Of a stretch of DNA of 64,000 nucleotides, positions 14,085 to 27,241 are shown one piece after another. Each line of letters begins with the position of its first letter. Within the stretch, counting starts at the first letter, position 1. Source of the stretch: Daphnia carinata (Eukaryota); the NCBI RefSeq assembly GCF_022539665.2, contig NC_081334.1, forward strand, positions 2,108,001 through 2,172,000, written 5' to 3'. The translations under genes and the position numbers were made by a program. The notes under the pieces were generated by a model. The model was given only the letters and a program-made list of their open reading frames with translations. It had not been told where the DNA came from and did not search any database.

Positions 14085-16211
14085 ATGGCAAGTCCAAGAA
14101 CTCGAAGAGTTTTACAGGAAATCCGACCAAAAGATGAAAATAGTGTAAGATTTTTTCTTTTTTATGTTGTGTTCTAGTGCGGAATCAACGTCTAACGTAA
14201 TTTGTACTTTCTATATATTTTCCTTCAAAGACATGTTTTGAGTGTGGTGTTCACAATCCACAATGGGCTTCTGTTACATATGGAATATGGATCTGTTTGG
14301 AATGCTCAGGCAAACACAGAGGGCTAGGTGTGCATTTGTCATTTGTAAGATCAATCACCATGGACAAGTGGAAAGATACTGAATTAGAAAAGATGAAAGT
14401 TGGTGGAAATTTGAATGCTAGACTATTCTTTGAGACCCAAATGGATTGGAACCCTTCTATGCCACTTGCACAAAGATACAACACTAAAGCAGCTGCTCTT
14501 TACAGAGACAAAATTTCTGCTTTGGCTGCAGGCCGAACATGGAACATAGAAGCATCTGAAGCAAAAAATTATGAAGCAAGCAATATTTCCCGAAGTCCTT
14601 CTGTATACAATGCCAGTTCACAGTAAGAAGGTTATGTTATATGATGAAGAAAGAAATAAGGATATTCTTGTATTAGGTATGAATCTAAAACTAACCGAAG
14701 CCTTCACAACAGCTCTTCTACACCAAACTTTGAATCTGGTCAAAATCTGTATTCAGAATCTGTGTCAGGAACATCAGGTGGATATCAGAACTTTAAGGAT
14801 CAGAAGGAAGCATTTTTTTCTAAGAAACAATTGGAAAATTTTTGGCGTCCTGAGTAAGTATTTCTTTCACATAATTTAGTTTTGCATCATCAGAGAATAA
14901 CAATCCCTTTTCTTTAGCAACCTACCCCCATCACAAGGTATAGAACAGATGAACGTCTCTATATTCATTAAACATGACACAAGATTTTGCTTGATTTTCA
15001 AGGGGGAAAATATTCAGGTTTTGGAAACTCTGCATACACTCCCTCTCGGAGTTCAAGCACGGAAGTTTATGATTCTCTTGCCACCGTATGTAATTTTAAT
15101 TTATAAATTTATTCAATTCTATTTCAATCCACTTTTTTTAAATTTTAACTAATAGTATTTATTCTTGGCTTGCTAGGGGTGGTCAATGTTTTCTGTTGGA
15201 GCCTCTAAACTAGCCGAAAGTGCGCTAAAATTTGGAGAAATTGCCTCGCAGAAAGTTGTTCAGGTTTCAGAAACAGTCGGAGAAAAGGTTATATAATCTT
15301 TTTTTTTCTCGTTATTTTGTGGACAAGGATATTTAGTATTGTAGATCATTTAATAAGGTTTCATTTAATAATAGTGGATATTCATATAACAGGTTTATTA
15401 TATAAAAATTTACTACGTTTTTCTTTGGTTGGGGACGATTACCTTCTTCACCGTAGAAACGTTTTGATCCCTTGCACTACAACGAATGTCTTAAATTTGT
15501 TTGTCCATGCCCGTTTGCTTGTTATAGGTAAAAGAAGGAAGACTTTTGGATGATGTAGCATCATCCGTGACAAATGTTGCCACAAAGGTTAGTGGAAAGT
15601 TTTTCTTCTATTAGTAGCTAACAGCTTCTGTACTGATGTATATTGAACAACTCTTAACAAGCACCATTTATTGCAAACAATGGATCATAGGTTACCGAAA
15701 TGAGTCGTAAAGGCTGGGCGAATGTTACCTCTGCGCGTAGTGACTATGACGAGCCACCTCGCATTTCGGGTGAAAGGTCATCGCTTCTATCTGGAAATGG
15801 GAGCGGAGCGGGATATGCACCATTATCTGGTGGATGGTAATATTTTGCGAAGTTATTTAATCCTATTTATGAAAACCCGTTCTTCATATTTGTAGTTCTC
15901 CCGGCTACCAAGAGAATTCTTTCGCGCCACCTACTGTAAGCCAAGGATTCAAAGGGATTGGCACTGACGAGTATTTCTCAAACAGTGGTAATGCAGAGGA
16001 CTCTGGTGAATGGGTCTGGTCGAATGCCGCGGGAAGTAAGGACAACACTGAAAGCAAAAATGTTGCCAGAAAGGGATCAAGTAACGAAATTAGCGACAAT
16101 TTACTAATTGATTTTGGAGATAAAAAGGGTACTAAAAGTTCCACTAGTGCTGTATCTGCAACCAAAACTAAAACTGCAGAAGAAGAGGCATGGGATATGT
16201 TGAATAGTTGA
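14085..16211 (+). CDS. ARFGAP1: ADP-ribosylation factor GTPase-activating protein 1
   Basis: [10 protein letters not shown], zinc finger CFEC...[34 protein letters not shown] and GWSMFS, ending in AWDMLNS*. Confidence 0.92.
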
Positions 16212-16423
16212 GTTTGCTTCATATATTTAGTTGCATTCCATTACCCTTTTTGCTATTTAGCAGCATTGTCTCAAAAGATGCTTTTCATTGAATGTTTTTT
16301 AATGTTAGGTTAAGTTATCTGTAAGTTAACCTTCACCTAATTCATATAATGGGATGGCCTAGATAATATCTTGGCAAAGTTTAAACTCAACAACAAGTGA
16401 AAAATATATTGCTTATGAAAGGA

Positions 16424-17264
16424 TTAAAAGGATACGTCTGTTTTATCACATTTCATCTGGATGTTACTGAAATGGTTTTTCATTGCATTCAGTGCTTTAC
16501 TGCGGTGTGATATAGAATTTTTAATATCTTTCTCCATTTCAGCATAAGTTAAGGTGAATCCATTTGGTTGAAAACAGGCCTATGTCATGTTACAAAAACA
16601 AATTGGTATCCAGATTTCAAATTGCATGATTAAAATAAACTTACATCCCAGCCAAAATCTTGGGGTCCCCTAGGATGAACAATTATACCTTCTGTCTTTC
16701 CACGGAAAATATGAATTGTTTCATCTACACCTTCGGAATAGGCAAACAGACATAACGCATAGGCAGATTTATCCTCCCAGCCTGACAGAAGATTGGCAAG
16801 ACCAGAAGGGCCAATTTTAGCAAGAAACCATTTTACATAGGGCCCTATTGATAGAAATCAATGTGCAAATGATACAAATAAAGCATTGCTAATGAGAAAT
16901 TCATTGAACTTTATTTAGTAATCATTATTCAAGTACCTGGCAACCCTTTAAGAGCATTAAAGCAAAGACAGGTGTCTTCCACAAGTGTGGGTCCCCTGGT
17001 TACTCTGATGGCAGAAAGACACTTTTCTCTAACAATATAATCAGGGTCAGCACCTTGATATTCTGGCAAATCAAGGTCTTGGCTAACCACCTGTAATAAC
17101 AAATCAAGCATGGTTATCAGCATAAATTACAGGTGGTGCATAATGCGACTTGCGAAATGAAAGTTTGAAAATACCTTAAATAAAGTATTTGATCCTAGTA
17201 TAGCTGTTACTTCTTCCAACTTCTTGACATTTCCAGTGACGAACGTTATCGGTCTTAGAGACAT
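16424..17264 (-). CDS. ITPA: Inosine triphosphate pyrophosphatase
   Basis: [46 protein letters not shown] and ISHRSKAL. Confidence 0.93.
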
Positions 17265-17636
17265 TTTAACAGAAAATGGGACCCAACAGGCAAGGTTACC
17301 TCGTCACCAAAAATATTTCACCCCAAAGGAGTAAGGAAGTACAGAGCGTTTTCACGGGTAGCAATCGATCCCCATTACCTACGACCCGTTATACCGCAAC
17401 GAATTACCCGAAAAATGGCAAATCGGTTGGATTTGGTAAGGAACCACTTCCATTCCACACAACTGAAGAGCAGAAAATGCGTTTGTCTCATTTCCACATC
17501 AATTTCCGCGACATACCATTTCACGCTCCAAGTACACGAAATGCTCAGTCCATGCGGAAAAATTGGGTCCGTCAATTTTTAAATTGTGCCGAAAGTTGTC
17601 TGTAAACGTGCTTTCATTAATATTAATACGTCAGAA

Positions 17637-19056
17637 ATGGTTGTTTCGATAGGCTTCGAAGGTAGTGCGAATAAACTTGGAATTGGCATAGTTAGAGATG
17701 GAATTGTTTTAGCAAATCCGAGACGAACTTTTATTACACCACCAGGAGAAGGTTAGATTCAAATAAAAATGAGTTCACAGAAGGATTTAATTACCTTTTA
17801 ACATAGGATTTAAACCTGTTGATACTGCAAATCATCATCAGTTGAATATTGTTCTTTTGCTTAAGGAAGCATTAGATGAAGCCAAGGTCTGTGTTTTAGA
17901 ATTCCATAATGAATAGAACATGTTATTTTGGATTGTGATAAATATTATATTATTTTATTTTTTAAATTCAGATTGATCCTCAAGAAATAGATGTTGTGTG
18001 CTATACCAAAGGTCCTGGCCTTGGGTCACCATTAGTATCTGTAGCTGTGTTTGCAAGAACAGTTTCACAATTATGGGGGAAACCAATCATTGGTGTTAAT
18101 CACTGCATTGGGCGTACTATTTTCTTAACTAAGAACAATGGTTTGCTATGAGAAACTGAATCTGTATTCATTGATTACAGATATCGAAATGGCAAGATTG
18201 ATAACTGGTGCCCAGAATCCAATTGTTCTGTATGTCAGTGGAGGAAATACGCAAATAATTGCCTATTCCCAAAAACGATATAGAATATTTGGAGAGACAG
18301 TGGATATTGCTGTTGGAAATTGCTTAGACCGATTTGCCAGACTTCTAAAGCTACCAAACCATCCAAGTCCGGGACACAATATTGAACAGTTGGCAAAGAA
18401 TGGGAAAATTTATGTCCCGTTGCCATATGTTGTCAAAGGAATGGACATGTCTTTTTCTGGTGTCCTGACATACATAGAAGATTTTGCGACTACGCTACAA
18501 GAGTATACTGTCGAAGACTTATGCTTTTCACTGCAAGAAACCGTTTTCGCCATGGTATGAATAGTCTAACTCAAGCGTAACAACTAAAAAGGAACATTAA
18601 TTCAAGTTTGTTGTTACTATTTTCTGGCAGCTTGTGGAAACAACTGAAAGAGCTATGGCACATTGTGGCGCTCAAGAAGTTTTAATATGCGGGGGTGTCG
18701 GCTGTAGGTTCACTTAACTATACAATTCCTGGTCCTAGTTAACTTCCTTTTGTTGTAACTAGGCAATATTCGACTGCAGGAAATGATGTCAGAAATGTGC
18801 AAAGAAAGAGGGGCAAAGGTTATAAACTGTTGATACAGGAAATGAACTACCATAAGTAACATTCTATCATTATTTTCTCAAACCGTTTTAGGTCTTTGCA
18901 ACTGATGAAAGATTTTGTATTGACAACGGGGCCATGATAGCTCATGCTGGAGCTGAAATGTTTAGAGTCGGTGTTGTTACTTCTTGGGAAGATACATTTT
19001 GCACACAACGTTACAGAACAGATGAAGTAGACGTAAAATGGAGAAATGACGTTTAA
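17637..19056 (+). CDS. OSGEP: tRNA N6-threonylcarbamoyltransferase Kae1/OSGEP
   Basis: [55 protein letters not shown] and QRYRTDEV. Confidence 0.94.
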
Positions 19057-19710
19057 CATTGACAGTGTTGCTAATAATATACTAATAATAATAAACTAGT
19101 TGCATTAGTATTGTTTCACAAACATTATACTCGTTGCATACAGTGCTTGTTCTCTGCCATGTATATCTTTTAGGCAACGGAAAGGATATGACCAGGAAGT
19201 TTGTACGCCTCTTGCAAGAAAAACGGTTTTTGAATTTATTCATTCTTAATATTGGCAAGTACAAAAATTACTGCGTTAGCAGTGAAATTGTACATCTAAA
19301 CGTATAGATAGGACTTGGCCCCTCATAGATCGGAGAACTTTTTCGTCGATTCGGCTCAAAGTTTATTTTCTTCGATGCAGGGATTGCGATGTTAGGTGTG
19401 GAGATTGCGGTGCTCAGTGCTGTCCAGCGGCAATTTCCACAATAATTTCCAAGCAATACCATTCCACGCTCCAAGTTTAAGATGTCGGTAAACACACTTG
19501 GTCCTATATGTAGAGTAGAGAGGCTACCAATCGATAAAATTTAACTATCAAAGAAATAAACAACGAAATCACCTGGCTTGTTGGCTCAAGTAAAATATTC
19601 TTTGATGCACGTTTTTCTAGTTTGCTTAAACAGGAGTTAGATTCGGCCACCAATGTAGACAATGCAATAACTTGAATAGACATCACAGAGGAAACACTGA
19701 ACTCGATAGA

Positions 19711-21385
19711 ATGAATCTGAGATTGCTGCTACCACGTTTTTTTCTTCATTCGAAAAGTTGTTTTACAGTTCTAAACTTTCAAGACGCCATATTCAAAAAG
19801 AGTAATTACTGGAAAGTAGCCTTGTCTCAAAGGATACACACAAATGTCCGAAAAGATGTTTTTGTGCGCCAAATCTCCACAAGTTACCAGTCATTACAGG
19901 ATAAAACAGAAAAATCCCTTTGCCTCACCAAAGGTGATGAAAGCTATTTTGATTTCAAAGAACTGGAATGCAATTCAAGGTAACATTATATCTTGAACTA
20001 TGGCTAAAATATGAACTTAAATTTGTATACTAATCCAGCGCAGAGCAAAGAATGGGGCATTTTATGGCATTAATGTGTGAAGTGTTTAAGCTATCAGAAG
20101 AAGAAGCAGAAGACATTGTAGAATGCTACCCATTTTTGTGGAAAGAATTCTTTCATAAATCCTTTACCCACTTAAAATCAATGGGATTAGTAAAGACAAC
20201 GTTTATGCAGTATCCATGGCTTATTTCCATGTCTCCTGGTACATCTGGCACCTATTTATAACTAAATCAACTTAAAATATATCAGTTGTTTTTTCACATC
20301 TTAGAGGAAATTGATTCAAAACTTCAAATAGTATCAGCATCCTTTCCTGACATGGGAGATGTGAACACCTGTGCATGTCTTTTGAAGTATCCAAATGAAA
20401 AAATTGATATGCTTGTCTCTAATTGGAAAAAGGAGGCGGTGGAATTTGAACAACCATCGAAATTTCATTTTCTGGCGCATGCTTTAAAGGTTGTCACAGC
20501 CATTTTTTTTGTTACGTCAGTTCTAAATGGAGTTGATAATATTTCCTTTTCAGGTTCCTATAGGAAAAATTATGAACCAGCTAGAAACTAAAAGCTTCCT
20601 TTTGAGTTTATCTTACTCAAGAATTCAGGAAGGAGTAAATATTTGTCTAGGTATGTTGATAATGAGGTTTTTTGCTAGCAATTCATGGTGAATCTGAGCA
20701 CATTCTAGATGCCGGAGTTCAGAGGGAGGCTGTTTTAAACGATCTATGGGTATTGCGTAACCGTCCCATAAAGATACGGAACAGAATCGATACTCTATTG
20801 CAATCCAAGATTCCTGTTAAACCATGGGTTCTAAGAGCACGAATTCAGTCGTTTAAGACGTAAGTCGATGGCTTGTAACTCACATAATTTACTATTATAA
20901 TTATTTTTATTATTGAAGAAACAAAATTGCTTCACATTTTCTTATAGCTATATTGAAGAATATTGGGAAGAGAAGGAGGACATGGAATATGATAATAATT
21001 TATCTTCATACTTGATGACACGGTTAAAATGTGAGCTTTCAGTTGTTGAAAGGATGATGAAAGTTTTTCCCAATTTACAGCGGGCAACAATACGGAAGGT
21101 AAAGCCGAATATCGACTACCTGTTGGTAGGTAAGAAATCAACTTTGTTCAACACTGCAATGTTAAAAACTAAAATAACGGTGGTAACTCCTCTTTTTTCA
21201 CAGAGAAATGTATAGATCCCAGCCTCGTTATCATGACTCCGCGAATTTTATGTCAAAAACTTCACACCGTGAAAGACCGCATAGAGAGATTGGAAACAAA
21301 CGGTATTCAATACTCTTCGCTATGGATGGTAGGCAGGAGTCCGCGTGAATTCGATGATTTTGTAAAGCGATGGAAGACCAAATAA
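19711..21385 (+). CDS. Mitochondrial transcription termination factor (mTERF-family, mTERF5-like)
   Basis: Basic targeting-like N-terminus and helical mTERF-like repeats (FMQYPWLI, VLNDLWVLR, FPNLQRATIRKVKPNIDYLL). Seven exons with canonical splice sites. Confidence 0.65.
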
Positions 21386-21483
21386 GATGAATTAAACCGA
21401 TGGTCGTGTAAGTCACAATAAGAATCTTTAGTAACTAAACGGGTGGGCGGTATATATGTGTTAGAAAGGCTGTTATTAGGACG

Positions 21484-22470
21484 TCAACTGCTTATCGCCG
21501 GCTCGACAAGAGTACTTTGGAGGAAAAAACCATTATCTAAAACATTTCTGATGATAGAAAGTAAACGTATAGTTTTATTAATAGCTGGAGAAATGACGTC
21601 TTGAGTCAATTGAAGCTTCGTCAGTTTAAAACTCGGATTCTGGAGAGACGCATTTAACACGGATATCACATAGTCGAAGCAGTTGTTAAATGAGTCATCA
21701 TACCTGGATACAGAGTAGCAGGTTTGTTTAACAACAAAGAAAAAAAAGTACATCATTCTTTGATGCTGTGTATATCCAATCATACCTGTCTGGAGCCCAA
21801 ATATCCATGAACTTGGTAGTCTCCAGAATTTTATCTAGATCCTTAAATCTGTAAGGAAGTGCAGAAAGACTGATGGAAAGAAAATTTGTCCAATTCAAAT
21901 GTGAACTGGCACTAGAAGAGGTTATTCCATTTTCATTGAATTCAAAAATCATGCTCTTTGAGTTGGAGAGTGCTATGTGCAACAAATCACCTCGTTTGAA
22001 ATCCCTGTTTACAATAAAATCTGTTTTACAATTTTCATAAAAATATATAATCAAGAATTTTCTTTTATCAACATAAATGTGACCATGTAATATGCAGGCC
22101 ACCTTATTATATGGAGTGCAAACCTTGTGAAACTCCCAAATGTTGGCTTTATTAACAGGCTAAAGTTGTTTGGTTCACACGTCAGGGGACTTGGTATTCT
22201 GGATTAGAAAAAATATATATACATACATATTTATCTGTTCAACAGTATACCTTGGCCTAGTATGTCTGTTTCTCGAACTTAAAAGAGATAAATGTACGGT
22301 GTGCTGCTTACAAGGAATGAAGAAAGTTTTTACCGAAAAGGTGGTATTGTCATGTCTGTGCCAGACAAATCACTTCTGCATACAGGACAACTGAATGGTA
22401 TCGTGAAGCAGAATACGTTCACTTTCTCACAGTGCTGAAAACATAATAAAGTGTCAGGCGACGACGACAT
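21484..22470 (-). CDS. MKRN2OS: MKRN2 opposite strand protein-like (C3orf83)
   Basis: LLCFQHC...FSCPVC...IPPFR, DLLHIALSNS...IFEF and YDDSFNNCFDYVISVLN. Confidence 0.75.
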
Positions 22471-23502
22471 AATATAATTTTTGTTTGTTTGCGTGATATC
22501 GGGTTCACGCAACAACAGCTAACGATCAAAGCCAAGCATATACTACAAGTATGTAACACAATAAAACATCAAGCGGACGATATAACTAAAATTCGGGAAA
22601 TGCTAAAGCAATGGCTTTTTGTATTGCAATGCCAGTAATCCATTTTGGTTCGCTCAGTCAATATACTAACGAAAACAGGAGAAATGTCAATGTAAGCGTA
22701 GAAAGATTAAAGAATTTTCCTCCATGCTGTTCGTTTTCTATTTGAAAGAAATTTCGTTATATGTTCTGGGAACGCGGGGATTCATCTTGCCCGTGTGAAG
22801 TCCACTAGCCTATACAATCTCGGTGGTTCTTATCTGTCTATGCGTATGTCGTAAGCGGAAATGGCAACGTCTGCTTTGTCAGAGCAGCTGGCTTTCGTTC
22901 CAACTTTCACAGTCATTTCCAACCGTGAAAATTATAAGGTTAGGTTACTCACAGATCTCTACAAGTCATTCTCAGTTTTAGCCAAGTTTGCAGAGGTAAT
23001 TACGAATAATTTTGTTAAACCGTATCTGTTGTACATTACGTTTTTACAGTATTACTAGTTACAGATTAGATAAGTTCTTTTTTTTTTTTTGCTTTTGAGA
23101 CTGAGGTATAACGACTTCATTGAATATGTCAGTGTGACGGTTACGAAATTATTTCCTTAAAATTATAGAAAATTCCTACAGTTGAAAGGGTTATAATTAA
23201 ACTTGAGTAATTTCTCTTGTCGATTTTTCTTTTGAAAAACAAAAAAATGGCTGAAAACAGATGTTGCAATGAAATATTGCTAGCATAGCCCTGACTTGCA
23301 CAAGATTATGTTCCTTATCACTAAGTGGACATATTTTCTGTTTGGGCAACATCAAAAAAAGATAATAGAGGGATATTCAATTTAAAGCACTTATGCTTCT
23401 TTTTAAAGTCTCATCCTCTTTCACCATTCAGGAAGCGAGTAAAGCAATTATTATTCTGTGGGCTGCACCAAAATAGAAGTTTCGACAACCATCATAGTAC
23501 AA

Positions 23503-24753
23503 AATGTGTGGTGGATTCAAGTTCTCCAAAAATGCTCTTATCACTCTGAACATTCTCTACATTGTAAGTTGTATTACCACTTTTTGATTTTTAAAAATTA
23601 TTACCTGAAATAAATACAATGCTACTTCGTTTCAGTTGGTAGGCTTTATCTTAATTGGAGTAGCTACCTATGGGAAAGCTGCAAATTTGGTAACCAGTTT
23701 ACCCATTATTGGTGGCATAGTAGCATGTGGCATTTTTCTTTTGGTAATTGCCATTATGGGCTTGATTGGCGCTGTGAAACATCATCAAGTTCTCCTTTTC
23801 TTTGTAAGTCAAAATTACAACAATTCTTTGGCATTGAATGGTAGTAATGAAATTTCTATTTAGTATATGGTGGTCCTCTTCATCCTCTTTGTCATTCAAT
23901 TTGCTATTGCCTGTGCTTGCCTTGCTGTAAATTCAGAAACTCAGGTAAAATATGTGCATGTTGGATATAAGTTGAACTGGATACAATTTTACTGGAAATC
24001 TTTCCCATTACAGAAAACTTTGGCTGAAGCGGGCTGGAATACCGCTGACAACGTTACCCATGGCGATGTCGAGAATGCTTTTCAATGCTGTGGATTCCAC
24101 AATACAACTGATAGTCCAACCTGTGTAACAAAATGTCCAACATGTCCCACATGCGAAGAGCAACTTGAAACTATGATTAACTATGGTTTCCGCGTGTCTG
24201 GCGGAATTGGTCTTTTCTTCAGCTTCACTGAGGTATGAGTATGAAGTAGCATAGCAAATATTGTTCATGGTTTTGGTATAGATTCTGTTTCCAACTTCCA
24301 CTAACACTTCCTACGAAACAATTCCTAAGATGCTTAGTATGTGACATAGAAAATAACACTTACCAAAAAATAGCGCTTTCGGATATGTCCAAAATATGTG
24401 AAGGAAGCACATGCTTTTGATCTCACAGTTTAAGGCCCGGATGAAATTCGGATGCCAAAATCTTGCTATTCAAATCGGCTTTAAAAGTGTAATTTGTATG
24501 GTGTCCGAAAGGACAGTGCTGTTGCTACCTTTTAACACCCTGTTTTGTTTGAGATTTTTATAACAAATTACCAGAACGTTAATCCTAAACGTTTTAAGAA
24601 GCGGTCGTCATTGGGTTAAATTTACATTTTTTTCTTTTCTTTTCTCGTGTATCATTGTCTCCATGTTGCGTTTCGCAGTTCGTTGGAGTGTGGTTGACCG
24701 TACGCTATCGCAATCAAAAAAACCCGAAAGCTCATCCTGGTGCTTTTCTCTAA
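23503..24753 (+). CDS. Tetraspanin-13/31-like, proximal terminal-exon isoform
   Basis: [34 protein letters not shown] motif, [35 protein letters not shown]. Confidence 0.9.
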
Positions 24754-25086
24754 TCTCTTCCTACAAGTCCATCAGCAATTCAAACCCTCTTTTTTCTCTT
24801 CGTGTTTACCCTACCTTTTATCTTTCTCCTTCACACTTACATCTTTGCATAACACTCATTCCTAGGACTCAAGGTACTCGTCTCCTCCATAACTAAACAT
24901 TGTCGTCGTTTGTGGCTTACTCGTTGTTTGCTTTAAGCTTATTGGACACTATACTAGTTTCAATTTGTTTTAGGTACAAGCTTGTAGCTAGGCCTAAATT
25001 TAACAGTTGCGATTTCGTTCTTCAATTTACACGCCAATTTTCTTGGAACTTCGCGAACTGAATAATTTATCTTATTTTTATTTCAG

Positions 25087-25152
25087 CTTCTGGGATTCTC
25101 AGTCGCATATCGCTTCAGGCATATGGCTGCTGGAATGAACGAGGTGCAGTGA
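25087..25152 (+). CDS. Alternative terminal exon of the tetraspanin (LLGFSVAYRFRHMAAGMNEVQ*)
   Basis: Pyrimidine tract plus CAG acceptor ending at 25086. Phase 0 matches the FTE donor, and the peptide parallels the proximal exon. Confidence 0.65.
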   Translation, partial: LLGFSVAYRFRHMAAGMNEVQ

Positions 25153-25426
25153 TCTTCTCATACATGATTGGAAACTGTCAAAGCGCTCCTTACACCAGAA
25201 TTTTTCATCTGCTTCATTCCACAGTTTAATTTTTAAGTGTCGTATGCTCGTCGTCCTTGGACATTATGTGTGAAGTGTTTTGTTATCATTTTTTTTGGAG
25301 TGAGGAAATGGTGCAGGAACAGCGTAATATAATTATGTGGCAATAGATGTTATTCAGTTAACTGAAATACATTATGAGTCTATTAAACATCACTTCATAC
25401 ACAATTAATACGAACACTGTAGAAAA

Positions 25427-26401
25427 TCATGAGGTGGCTTTGGATCGCCAGTCAAAAGATTTGTCCATTGCCGCATCGTCATCATCACTGGAACTTGTAC
25501 TCTTGTCTTCTACAATTGATTCACGAAGGGCTCGAACTCGCTGCTCGTACAATTCCTTCTTCTGCTCGAGCTCCAGAACTCGCCTCCATTTCAACATTTG
25601 CTCCTCTATTTCCTCTAGCTGTCTTTCAGCTGTAGATTCCTCTTGATCTTCTTCCTGTATTGCAACAGATGCAGTAACTTCATCATGAATTTCTTTTTGG
25701 AATTTGTTCCATTCCTCTTCTACAGGGTCTTTAAATTCAATTTGACGGACCTACAAAAAAATGCCTTGTTTAGCAATCATAGCCATCACTGATTGTCTTG
25801 AACAAACCTTTGCATCCATCTTCGGGTCATCAAAGAAGCCTTCTGGTATAGAATTTGAACTGATAACATCTGCTTGATGTAAAGTCAACTTTTCATTTTC
25901 ACTTGGTATTTTATTCAATGTTTCAAATCCATCGTCAGTTTCCATATCTTCCACTGATTTTGATACTTCAGTCTTTAATACAGGGGGAACATGCTGTGGT
26001 GGATTTCTTGCATTTTTCAGAATACTTTTGATGGGCATCGGAGCTGGTGTTGCACCAAACCCAGGAGGTGGGCTATCAAAAAAATCTCTGGGTACTCCTT
26101 TTTTGGTTGGCATATTGGCAAAACCATCTGCGCTTGCCGGGGATTCTGCTTTCCGTTTGATGGCTAGAATCTGTTTAGGCTTCATGAACTGGGTTTCAAC
26201 TACAGGCTTTTTTAAAGCAAGAACTTTTTCACGATGCTGCCTGCCGTTGATATGAGCAGTCCAGACCAACTCATTTTTGACAACACTATTACAGACAATG
26301 CAAGTCAGTTGTCCAACACTGTTATACTTGGCTAAAGGTGATTCTATTTTCTTGGTTGTCCCAATTAGTTTTATGGACGACTTGGATGAACTCGACGCCA
26401 T
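25427..26401 (-). CDS. ZNF830: Zinc finger protein 830 (CCDC16), 2 exons
   Basis: [21 protein letters not shown]...[27 protein letters not shown] and C-terminal FDWRSK. Confidence 0.9.
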
Positions 26402-27241
26402 TACGTCCGTAAAAACGTTATTAGTTTCTATTTCAATTACGGGTTCTCTTTAACAGTTTTTACAACTTGTTGAAATGTGCCTTTTAAAATGTAGTTCCCG
26501 ATCAAAACAAGTGATGTCGGCTGCAGCAGCGCACCTGGCGTAAAGATTCTGTTCTCTCGTAGGAGGAGCAATATACTGTAGGTCTCTCATAGGTTGGCGG
26601 GATTTCGTATTTAAATCGGAGTTTTGAATTTTTATAAAAATTATTAAAACAAAACAATAAATTATTGCGGACACATACAATCACGCCAACTCCATGGTTC
26701 CTTCTATGTTTCTGCTGGAAGTAGGGCTAAAGTTATGCACAGATCACAAGCGCGCCAGAACGTTGCTAAATACCGGGTTGTACTGGCGTGCCAGGAACGT
26801 CGAGACCAGGTTGATTCTCTGCTGCCGCATAGCGGATTTGGAGAGAACTACTCCTTGTACGGGACCTTACGGGAAATCCACGAAGTTGACTTAGCCTCCG
26901 ACGCTAACTATTTTCCAAACAAATTTGCTTCGTTACTACCTTGCGTCTAAAAGTAGAGCTTGGTCATCAACTCATCATATTCTAGTTCCACGTTAAATCT
27001 ATACCTATCTATCTAACTTGGTCATCATAACTAATACCGCTCAGAGTGAAGTCGGCCCTGCAAAGGTCTATCAAAGCTAATTGATTCTTGGTGTCAATTA
27101 AGCAGTATTCGTATGATCACGTAATGTAAGTTTATTTATTCTTTTCGCATGGCTACATTTATATTGGACTTCCTTAATTCAACTTTAAAACCTGAATTAT
27201 CATAAAAATGGTTTGTTTTCAGATAACTGTAGAAAAGCAGT

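Noticed and set aside
26694..26950. Short ORFs between ZNF830 and the hAT-derived gene
   Set aside because: No recognisable homology or exon structure; possibly a relic, but unsupported.
26957..26971. TAGAGCTTGGTCATC as the left TIR of the hAT gene
   Set aside because: It looks like a hAT end, but I found no inverted partner downstream of 30253.
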